Origin: a virus
Lineage: Duplodnaviria > Caudoviricetes
IMG/VR virus record: IMGVR_UViG_3300024513_000080
Location: 1 to 25,023 of that record
DNA length: 25,023 bases
Reading direction: 5' to 3' (one strand)
Shown: piece after piece, positions 17,127 to 25,023 of the stretch
Layout of the letters: each line of letters starts with the position of its first letter
How positions within the stretch are numbered: position 1 is the first letter of the stretch
The notes under the pieces: model-generated
The model's input: the letters and a program-made list of their open reading frames with translations, nothing else
Databases searched by the model: none
Told to the model about the DNA's origin: nothing
Translations under genes and position numbers: made by a program

Positions 17127-18152
17127 ATGGGATGGATGAGCGCACCCCAGCCGGATCCGGGAATTGGCGAAGCAGCCAGGGCCAGCGCCGAGCTGGGCAA
17201 AGAAACATTCGACTTCTACAAGTCTATCTACCAGACCGACCTCAAGCCGATGCAGGAGCGCCAGCTTGCGCTCGCTGAGAGGGCGACTCAGAGCTACCTT
17301 GAAGACTCCCAGCTTGCCCGGGAAGAGGCTCGTCGCCGCATCGAGGAAGACAAGGCCAACAAAGACCTGCGCGACAAGGTCAAAGCCGATGCGATGGGCT
17401 ACGACTCTCGAGAGAACATCGAGCGTCGTCAGGGCATCGCTGCGGCCAGCGCCAACCAGCAGTTCTCGAATGCTCGAGATCAGTCGCTGCGTAGCTTGTC
17501 GCGATACGGCGTCAACCCCAACTCGTCCGCGTTTGCCCGTACCAACGAGCGGCTGACCCGTGATCAGGCCTTGGCTACGGCTGGTATGCAGACTGGTGCC
17601 GCCTTCGACACGATGGACAAGGCGATCGCATTGCGTGCCGGTGTCAACGAAGCGGCCAGTGGTCGTTCGAACACAGCCGGTCAGTACATCGGCTTGGCCG
17701 GGAATAGCCTTGGTGGTGCTGTTGGTGCCGGTAGCGGCGCTATGGCGGATGCTCGAGCCAATGCGGGCATGGTTGGTCAGGGTGCTGGATACGGCTTGCA
17801 AGGCTACAACCAGTCCGGAAACCTGTACGGCCAGGAGTTCCAGGGACGCATGGCTGGCTACAACGCCCAGATGGGCGCGATCGCTGGTTTGGCTGGAGCG
17901 GCAGGCACGTATTACGGCCTGTCCAACAGACCTCCTGGCAAGGCAGATGGTGGAGAGATTCACTCTGGGCCAGGCCACGTCAAAGGCCCCGGTGGTCCGG
18001 TGGACGACAAGGTTCCGGCGATGCTCTCGAACGGCGAGTATGTGATTCCCGCTGATGTTGTAAAGGCCAAGGGCGTCGAGTTCTTCGACAAGCTCAAGGC
18101 GAAGTACCACACCCCGGCTGCACAGCAGCGCATGGGTCTTCGGAGGAACTGA
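17127..18152 (+). CDS. Internal virion / DNA ejection (pilot) protein
   Basis: 341 aa; helical N-terminal half with LSRYGVNPNS, Gly/Ala-rich membrane-like segment, and C-terminal GG..GPG...D.VPAMLSNGEYV module; first of three genes ending in a giant protein. Confidence 0.75.
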   Translation: MGWMSAPQPDPGIGEAARASAELGKETFDFYKSIYQTDLKPMQERQLALAERATQSYLEDSQLAREEARRRIEEDKANKDLRDKVKADAMGYDSRENIERRQGIAAASANQQFSNARDQSLRSLSRYGVNPNSSAFARTNERLTRDQALATAGMQTGAAFDTMDKAIALRAGVNEAASGRSNTAGQYIGLAGNSLGGAVGAGSGAMADARANAGMVGQGAGYGLQGYNQSGNLYGQEFQGRMAGYNAQMGAIAGLAGAAGTYYGLSNRPPGKADGGEIHSGPGHVKGPGGPVDDKVPAMLSNGEYVIPADVVKAKGVEFFDKLKAKYHTPAAQQRMGLRRN

Positions 18153-18153
18153 A

Positions 18154-19431
18154 ATGGCTGCTGGACTTGGTATTGCTGCCGGTGCGTTTGCTGAGAACTA
18201 TGCGCGTGCGCTAGGGCTTCGTAGTCAGCTTGACGACGCCGAGAAAAAGCGTGAGGCAATGGGACTCCAGATGGAGAACCAGCGTCTTCAAAATGCCCAG
18301 CTTCAAGAGCAGCGCGATGCGAATCAGGCTGCGGTTGACCTCGAGAAGAACTGGTCGTCTGGCACTGGTTTCCGGCCAGATGGTGCGGATCAGAACTATG
18401 ACCACCGCAGTGATCCAGCCGCAGTGTCGAAGTACTACGACAACCTGCGCAGCGTGATGAGGCGGCAGGCCTCAGCCTATGGTCGCTCTCAGGTTGAGGC
18501 GGACGAGGCTGTCGATCGCGTCGTCAAGTCTCAGTTGGCAGAGAAGACGGGCAAGACCATTCAGATGCTGAAGATGTCTCCCGAGCGTGCGACTTCTGCC
18601 ATCAAGTCTGCTTATGAGGCTTTCCCGGATGGCGGCTCGATTTCGAACGTGACCTACGACAAGGCCAAGGATGCCTACATCATGACCGGCGTCGGCCCTG
18701 ATGGTACGCAGGGAAGCGTCGAGCGTTCGCGCAGCGACGTGATCGAGGCCCTCTCGTTTGGCGCACTGAACGGTCGCGATGCTTCTGCACTGCACATCAG
18801 TATGCTGGAGAAGGAGCGTGCTCGCGCATTCGAGTCTGGTCAGCTCGACAAGAAGATCGCGGCAGACAAGGACAACGTCGCCACCAAGGTTCAGGGCGAC
18901 AAGGATGTTGCTGGCATGAACATCCAGGGTCGCAAGGATGTCGCCAACATCGAAGGCGGCTACGGCATCAACATTGCCAACATCAGGGCCAACGCCGCCG
19001 GTCGAGAAGCCGCCACAGCTCAGCAAAACCAACTGCTTAATCGCCAGCTTGGGGCCGTGCGCCAGGGCTTCGAGGCTGTCATCAAGCAAGACATCGATAC
19101 CGCTGCCAAGCAGAACAGCAGATGGGAAATGATGCCTCAAGAAGCTCGTCAGAAGATCATGGACGACATCGAGAACAAGGTTGCTGAGTCTCGCCAGGTT
19201 GGTGAGGCCAACGTCTACCTTGGCGGCAGCTTGGATGCTCGCACCATTCATCGCGCCTACACCCAAACCAGAGATCCTCAGCAGGCGCAAGAGCTGTTCG
19301 CCCGTGACGACAATGGCAAGCTGAGACTCAAGCGAGACGAAGCCACCGGCCAGATCTTCGCGCTCACCAAGAGTGGCGTGTATGTCCCGGCCCCCAACGG
19401 CGCTCGATTCACCCTGCCTGGCACCAAGTAA
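18154..19431 (+). CDS. Second internal virion / ejection protein
   Basis: 425 aa; N-terminal AAGLGIAAGAFA followed by a Gln-rich coiled coil; positioned between the pilot and giant proteins. Confidence 0.7.
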   Translation: MAAGLGIAAGAFAENYARALGLRSQLDDAEKKREAMGLQMENQRLQNAQLQEQRDANQAAVDLEKNWSSGTGFRPDGADQNYDHRSDPAAVSKYYDNLRSVMRRQASAYGRSQVEADEAVDRVVKSQLAEKTGKTIQMLKMSPERATSAIKSAYEAFPDGGSISNVTYDKAKDAYIMTGVGPDGTQGSVERSRSDVIEALSFGALNGRDASALHISMLEKERARAFESGQLDKKIAADKDNVATKVQGDKDVAGMNIQGRKDVANIEGGYGINIANIRANAAGREAATAQQNQLLNRQLGAVRQGFEAVIKQDIDTAAKQNSRWEMMPQEARQKIMDDIENKVAESRQVGEANVYLGGSLDARTIHRAYTQTRDPQQAQELFARDDNGKLRLKRDEATGQIFALTKSGVYVPAPNGARFTLPGTK

Positions 19432-19436
19432 TCAGC

Positions 19437-22400
19437 ATGGCAACAGACCGACTCGGACTCAGGAACCCATACTTCTTGGACTCTGCTGAGGCCGAGCGAG
19501 GGGTTCGATCAAGGGACTCTGGCTTCTTGAGCGGCGATCTGGAGTTTGACGTCCAGGCCCCGAGCACCAGTGCGTCCGTGATGCGGGACTCGATGAACAG
19601 CGAGGTCAGCCAATCTCGACAGACTGCGCCATCAGGTCGAAGGGTCGCCCCTGGATTCATGGCTGGCGACATGGAGATCGATCCGGATTACAAGCCTCCG
19701 GTTGCTGAGCCTCAGCCGACCGCCAAGAAGGTCGCTGACGAGGACTACGGCTTCCAGCCCATCAATGCCTTGAAGAAGGGCTTCAAGGGTCTGGGTCTGA
19801 CCTGGGACTTCCTGGCCAACCGGCTTGAGAAGGCTGTCACTGGCGACACCAAGGACACCGCTCCCATCCTGGCCAAGAGCGTCGAGGAATACAACCAGAT
19901 CGCCTCTGATCCTCGCATCGGCAAGATGGTCAAGGAGGCCGACCAGAAGTACCAGGACGATGGTGTGGTAGCAGCCACCGGCTCAATGCTGGGCTGGATG
20001 GTTCGCAACCCGACGATGGTTGCCAACTTCCTGGCCGAGCAGATTCCTGGCGCTGCCGTTGGTGGCGGTATCGGTGGTGTGGCCACGGCTCCGCTCAAGA
20101 GTGCTGCTGCTGGTGCCGCAGCTCGAGCTGGCGCAAGCAAGGCCGTGCAGTCCGCTGTCGGCACTGGCGTGACCGGTGCAGGCATCAACACGTCTGCCGT
20201 GGTGTTCCAGTCCCTGGGCACGAACTACACCGAGGGCCTTCAGAAGTTCGATGGCGACACTGAGGCTGCTGCCGAGTACGCCGTCAGCAAGACTGCCGGT
20301 GAAGTACCGGCCAACGCTGTGGCTGGCGCGTTCCTGGGCATCAATCCGTTCAAGTCCAAGGTCGCCAACATCCTCAACCAGGCGAACATCCAGGGCATCG
20401 GTGGCGCTACCGGTGCCTACATGGCATCCAAGGCTGTCGGTGAGGATGCGAGCTTCGGTGAGATGGCGCTCGAGTACCTGGGCGAAGGCTTGACCGCACC
20501 CGGCGAGATCGCTGCCGTTGGCGTAGAGAAGTTCCGTGGCAAGCCGCAGGAGCAGGGGCCCAATGCCCCACCGAATCCTGTGAGCGATCGTAATGCTGGC
20601 GAGCCTCCTGCTGGCCCTGGCATGTCGCCCGTCCAGATGCAGGAGTTCGTCAACGACTCCCGCTCTGTGCCGTTCTTTGCCGCCCTGTACCAGACGGCGG
20701 ACGATGCCACCAAGACGCAGATCGAGCAGGCGATGGGCCGAAGCGATCAGCTCGAGGCATTCCAGACGGCTATCAACAACGTCCAGTCGATTGAAGATGG
20801 CAATCGCCTGGTTCAGCAGAACGGGGACTTCGCCAACTTGGTGCTTGGGTCTCTGGATCCGTTCCTGAAGACGCCGCCTCCAGCCGGTGTGTACAAATCC
20901 ACACCGCCCAGCTTGGCTCGGGCAGCTAGTGAAGATGCTTCATTCGGCTCTGACGAGAACCTCGCCTCTCTTGAAGAGGAGATCCAACGGTCTCGCGCTG
21001 TTCGAGAGTTTGAGCGAGAGCAGCCTGGTGGGCTCGTACCCAGTCAAGCCAGTAAAACCGGCGTCGAACCTGCTTCTTCAACTGAGACTCCCGCTACCGA
21101 ACCGATCGTAGCCCAGACGACAGATGGCACTCAAAACGAGCCACTGACAGTCGGCACAGCCCCCTCGATCAGCAACATCGAAGTCTCTCGCGGAGACGGT
21201 AGCTCCCTGTTCGTGCCGTCAGTGCGCTTCGAAAGTCGCGGCATGACCGCTTCGATGAGTGGCAGAGAGTTTGAGCTGCAACTAGCTGGGCCAGTTCAGC
21301 CTGGAGCTATCAGCTTCTCGTCGGTCAGGGTCACGCCAGACGCCACCTACTTTGGCGGCAGTTCTGACAGGTCAAGCAACCTGCTTGCGTGGGTTGATGG
21401 CCAGTCTATTGCCATCGAGGAACCGTCTACCTCAAAGATGGTTCGTCTCGACAGATCGTCTCCTGGCGGCTCCGCCGAGACTGCCTTGCGCAAGGCTGTC
21501 GGGGACGCGGCAGTTGATGCTTTCCTCTCCTCTGATCCATCAAATGCTCAGTCTGCGGTGTCTCAAGCCATTCTGGGCATGGACATCAATCCAGAGATCC
21601 AATCTGCGCGGAAGCTGTTTGATCGATCATTCTCTGCAACACAGGTCGCCGAGAGCGATGCGACTTCCGCCACGTCCGTGGCGCAGGACTCGTTCTCGCA
21701 ACTTCAGACAAGCCTGGAGCAGCGGGGTGCTGAGGCGGGCTCGATCAAGCGTGTCAAGAACCCTTCCCACCTGAACAAGATCGCCAAGCTGTTTGGCGTC
21801 GAGTTGTTTGCCTACAGCTACAACGGCAGCGATGCTCGCCTGAAGAAGCTTGCTGGCACCAACATCACGTCCCCGACTGGCAAGTCGATCATCGGCATCA
21901 ACGTCACCCAGTCACCCAAGGCGTCACTGTTCGTCCTTGGCCATGAGGTGTTCCACGATCTGGCCCGTCGTTTCCCGCAGCAGGCCCAGTCGCTGAGCCT
22001 TGAGATCAAGTCTTACCTCCAGGCCAACCGGTACGAGGACTACAAGAAGTTCTACGAGTCCAAGAACCAGACAGAGAAGACGGACGAAGAGGTTGCAGCC
22101 GATGTGCTCGGAACCCTGTTCACGGACAAGAAGTTCTGGGAGCAGCTTGGAGTGCGCAACCAACCTCTGCTGGCTCGCATCCTGTCGGTCATCGACAACC
22201 TGATCGCCAGCTTCAAGGCCAACGCCGACTCCGGTCGGATGCAGATCAAGCAGTTCATCACCGAGTACGAGAAGGTGAGGGACAGGGTCGCATCCTTTGT
22301 GACCGAGACCCAACAGGGCAAGCCTTCTCAGTCCCAGGTTGGGACTGCCACGGATGAGATGGCTGATCTGCCGATCGACCAGGTGCGTCAGCTCCTGGCT

Positions 22401-25022
22401 GAGAAGAGGATCAGTGATGCGGCCAAGCTGTTCAAGGCCAGCAACCTCCAAGCTCAGGGCTTCGACTTCTCGCAGGTGGCGAGGGAGGCTGGCGCACGGG
22501 TGATTGGTCGTTCTGTGGTGAAATCAGACACTGCGGAAGCCCAGGCACCGAGCGGCACTACAAGCGAATCCGACAGTGTCCGGACTGAGGGCGCGACTCA
22601 GCCTGCGGCTACCGCACCTACCATAAAGAAGGGTCCTCCCGACCGCTTCGAAAATAAGAACATCACGCTCAGCGACGAAGATCTGCGTACCGTTGAGGAC
22701 GAGGTGCGGATCGTCAAGGACTTGCTGAGAAACGCCAAGTTTGCCCAGCGAGAAAGCCTTAAGGCTAAGTTCCTCCAGGAGGCAAAAGACTCCTTCGACA
22801 AGTTTGCACTTGGCGCTCAAGGCCAGAGCTTCAACGATCTGGAGAAGCAGGTTGCAGAAGAGAAGGCTAAGAATCGCACCCCTCGGACTGAGCCGACTGC
22901 GGAGAACGTGATCCGCTCCCGTGTACGTCGCCTGATGACGGCTGCTGACAGCACGGCGGAAGATCGGGCCAAGCTCGAGCAAGAGGCCAAGAAGGCCAAG
23001 AAGGATCAGGAGAAGGCGGCCAATCAAGTCTCGAACGTCGATGACATCGAAGATCCCAATCGCTTTGCCGACACCCTCGGTGAGCGTGCGGACGATGCAA
23101 TCGGCAAGGAAGAAGGCGAGCCGAAGGCCGACAAGCGCGTATCTGACAGCATCATTGAGCAGCAGCGCAAGCTCCTGAAGCGTCGCGCCAACGAGGTTGC
23201 CAGCAACCCCGACGTGATGATGGGCGAGCTGCTCAACATCAAGTCTGAAGCCGAGAAGGCTGGGCTGTCCGCTGAGACGATCGCGGACATCTTCGACACA
23301 CCGATGGCACAGATCAAAGCTCTGGCTGACGGCTTGATGTCTGAGGTCAAGGCTGACGAGCAATTGACGGACGTCACTGACGAGACCAACGTCGAGCAGC
23401 AGCCTGCCGATGCTGGCGAGCCGATCACCAGCTATAACGCGGCGCGTAATGCCGTTCAGGCCATAACGCAGGGCGTTACTAGTGGGCGGATCACGGTTGA
23501 TGGAATCACCCGTGTGCTGCAACTGGCGCGTCGTGACGCCAACTTCTCGATCGGACAACTGATCCAGGCGATGCAGGAGGAGGGGATCGAGGTTCCATCC
23601 GTGTTCGATCGGATGAATGGCCGTCCGTTCACGCAGCCCTTTGTTGCCTTCGTATCCAGCTCACCCAACCATCCGGTGGCGCGTCAGGAGTGGTTCACCT
23701 CCCTGGATCGAGCCTTGCGTGAGTCAACCTCCGCAGAGAAAACCACCATCCTGAGTCAGCTCACCAGCGTTGAGCGCGAGCTGTACAACGACTGGAAGGC
23801 CAAGAACTCCCGCGCACCGGTAGATACCGACAGCAAGGATTTGCTCAAGGTCTTCCCGAACTCTCTGTTCACCAAGTTCAGCCTGACCCAGATGCGCAAC
23901 CCGGAGAGCATCCCGCAAGGGCAGCTCCCGCTGTCGGTTCGCTCTGGCATCGTGGACTTTGTGCAGGACTGGTATGCCGACGTCTCCAACGCTCTGACCT
24001 ACCGGCCCGACATGGCCCGTCAGATCCTTGGCGCTCTGGCTCCCCAGGATCTCAAGGCGTTCACCGCGTGGCGCAAGGCACAACAGCGGGCCACTATGAA
24101 GAAGGCCGAGGTGATCGGTCGCTCGGTTGACTACGGCAACCTGATGGGTCTGCGCTTCATCGGCCCCATGCTGACCGATGCCTACAAGCAGCAGCTCTCC
24201 CTGGCCGACCAGTTCATGGCCAAAGAGGCTGTAGCCTGGGCTGCTCGCATCGACGCACTGATTGAGCGGGTCAACCAGGATCAGAGTCTGTCGCCGCAAG
24301 ATCGCAAAAATGCGATACGGGACATCACCTACCGTGAGCTGAACCGGATCCACAAGACGATCCACAACCGCGCCAGGAAGCTGGCTGACACGACAGACAA
24401 CGCCGACTCGTTCGCCAACTGGGTTGCCGAGATGAACGAGCGCATGTCTCGTCCTGAGCAGCAGCAGGGTCGGACGGACGAAGGCGAGTTCGTGGCGATT
24501 GAGGAGCGGGCAGACGAATCGTTTGACGACATGGCGTCCCGCCTGGGTGACGCACTGTTCCGTATCGGCAACGGCGAGACTGGGTCTGTCGCATCGACGG
24601 TGCTGGTGCAGTCCCAGGTGTCCGAGATCATGGGCACCTTCAAGTCTGCTGCCAACGTCAAGGTGGTCGGCAACCCGTCGCATCTGCCTGACGGCGTGCG
24701 TGAGCGTTTGATGAAGCGTCTGACCAACGGCTACATGCCCAAGGGTCTGTACGACGCGCAGACGGGGAACATCTACATGTTCTCCGAGGCTGCTACATCT
24801 GAGCACGACACCCAGTTCACCCTGTTCCACGAGCTGTACGGCCACTTCGGTCTGCGTGCTTTCCTGGGCGACACCTACACCGACTACTTCACCTCGCTCT
24901 ACAACGGCAACAAGGCTATCCGGGAAGCAGCTAACAAGCAGAAGGAAGGCCGCAACATCTCCAACGCTGTGGCGGTTGAGGAAGCCCTCTCCGACATGGC
25001 TGGCGATGGCAAGTTCGCTGGC
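19437..25022 (+). CDS. Giant internal virion protein, polyvalent-protein-like (3' partial, >1860 aa)
   Basis: Absent from the ORF track, consistent with having no stop in the window. ATG at 19437 (MATDRLGLRNPYFL). Spot-checked segments, including 21000-21730, stay open in frame. Gly-zipper near 20050-20220; GHEVFH at 21939-21956; HELYGHFGLR from 24828. Confidence 0.85.
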   Translation, partial: MATDRLGLRNPYFLDSAEAERGVRSRDSGFLSGDLEFDVQAPSTSASVMRDSMNSEVSQSRQTAPSGRRVAPGFMAGDMEIDPDYKPPVAEPQPTAKKVADEDYGFQPINALKKGFKGLGLTWDFLANRLEKAVTGDTKDTAPILAKSVEEYNQIASDPRIGKMVKEADQKYQDDGVVAATGSMLGWMVRNPTMVANFLAEQIPGAAVGGGIGGVATAPLKSAAAGAAARAGASKAVQSAVGTGVTGAGINTSAVVFQSLGTNYTEGLQKFDGDTEAAAEYAVSKTAGEVPANAVAGAFLGINPFKSKVANILNQANIQGIGGATGAYMASKAVGEDASFGEMALEYLGEGLTAPGEIAAVGVEKFRGKPQEQGPNAPPNPVSDRNAGEPPAGPGMSPVQMQEFVNDSRSVPFFAALYQTADDATKTQIEQAMGRSDQLEAFQTAINNVQSIEDGNRLVQQNGDFANLVLGSLDPFLKTPPPAGVYKSTPPSLARAASEDASFGSDENLASLEEEIQRSRAVREFEREQPGGLVPSQASKTGVEPASSTETPATEPIVAQTTDGTQNEPLTVGTAPSISNIEVSRGDGSSLFVPSVRFESRGMTASMSGREFELQLAGPVQPGAISFSSVRVTPDATYFGGSSDRSSNLLAWVDGQSIAIEEPSTSKMVRLDRSSPGGSAETALRKAVGDAAVDAFLSSDPSNAQSAVSQAILGMDINPEIQSARKLFDRSFSATQVAESDATSATSVAQDSFSQLQTSLEQRGAEAGSIKRVKNPSHLNKIAKLFGVELFAYSYNGSDARLKKLAGTNITSPTGKSIIGINVTQSPKASLFVLGHEVFHDLARRFPQQAQSLSLEIKSYLQANRYEDYKKFYESKNQTEKTDEEVAADVLGTLFTDKKFWEQLGVRNQPLLARILSVIDNLIASFKANADSGRMQIKQFITEYEKVRDRVASFVTETQQGKPSQSQVGTATDEMADLPIDQVRQLLAEKRISDAAKLFKASNLQAQGFDFSQVAREAGARVIGRSVVKSDTAEAQAPSGTTSESDSVRTEGATQPAATAPTIKKGPPDRFENKNITLSDEDLRTVEDEVRIVKDLLRNAKFAQRESLKAKFLQEAKDSFDKFALGAQGQSFNDLEKQVAEEKAKNRTPRTEPTAENVIRSRVRRLMTAADSTAEDRAKLEQEAKKAKKDQEKAANQVSNVDDIEDPNRFADTLGERADDAIGKEEGEPKADKRVSDSIIEQQRKLLKRRANEVASNPDVMMGELLNIKSEAEKAGLSAETIADIFDTPMAQIKALADGLMSEVKADEQLTDVTDETNVEQQPADAGEPITSYNAARNAVQAITQGVTSGRITVDGITRVLQLARRDANFSIGQLIQAMQEEGIEVPSVFDRMNGRPFTQPFVAFVSSSPNHPVARQEWFTSLDRALRESTSAEKTTILSQLTSVERELYNDWKAKNSRAPVDTDSKDLLKVFPNSLFTKFSLTQMRNPESIPQGQLPLSVRSGIVDFVQDWYADVSNALTYRPDMARQILGALAPQDLKAFTAWRKAQQRATMKKAEVIGRSVDYGNLMGLRFIGPMLTDAYKQQLSLADQFMAKEAVAWAARIDALIERVNQDQSLSPQDRKNAIRDITYRELNRIHKTIHNRARKLADTTDNADSFANWVAEMNERMSRPEQQQGRTDEGEFVAIEERADESFDDMASRLGDALFRIGNGETGSVASTVLVQSQVSEIMGTFKSAANVKVVGNPSHLPDGVRERLMKRLTNGYMPKGLYDAQTGNIYMFSEAATSEHDTQFTLFHELYGHFGLRAFLGDTYTDYFTSLYNGNKAIREAANKQKEGRNISNAVAVEEALSDMAGDGKFAG

Positions 25023-25023
25023 G

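Noticed and set aside
17073-19290. Minus-strand ORFs of 345 aa and 272 aa
   Set aside because: Shadows of the ejection protein genes.
22524-24845. Long minus-strand ORFs (344 aa and 373 aa)
   Set aside because: Antisense to the giant plus-strand gene, which has coherent codon usage and motifs.
1-25023. tRNA/rRNA genes, IS elements, intrinsic terminators, stop-codon recoding
   Set aside because: None recognised. There is almost no intergenic space, no clear hairpin-plus-U-tract, and TAA, TAG and TGA all end genes at sensible boundaries.

Overview
A tightly packed, all plus-strand late (virion morphogenesis and lysis) operon of a tailed phage or prophage with podovirus-type architecture. It resembles, from recall, the 933W/Stx-phage layout: two head-tail adaptor genes, a tail nozzle/stabilisation protein, a repeat-rich tail fibre and a giant ejected protein. 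Gene order: partial small basic protein; two adaptors; a block of accessory fibre/appendage genes (1.65-8.3 kb, with visibly relaxed codon usage); a ferritin-like protein; an expanded lysis cassette (four membrane proteins, an exported lytic transglycosylase, and Rz with an embedded Rz1, indicating a diderm host); nozzle; tail fibre and chaperone; a small DDxxD helical protein; two ejection proteins; and a >1860-aa polyvalent-type protein running off the window end with two zincin-like motifs. The most intriguing observation is the isoprenyl-transferase-like DDxxD protein. It sits where podoviruses usually carry a GNAT gene, directly before an ejection protein starting MGW, which suggests a possible virion-protein prenylation system. 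All family assignments come from motif recognition, not database searches. No RNA genes, CRISPR arrays or IS elements were seen.
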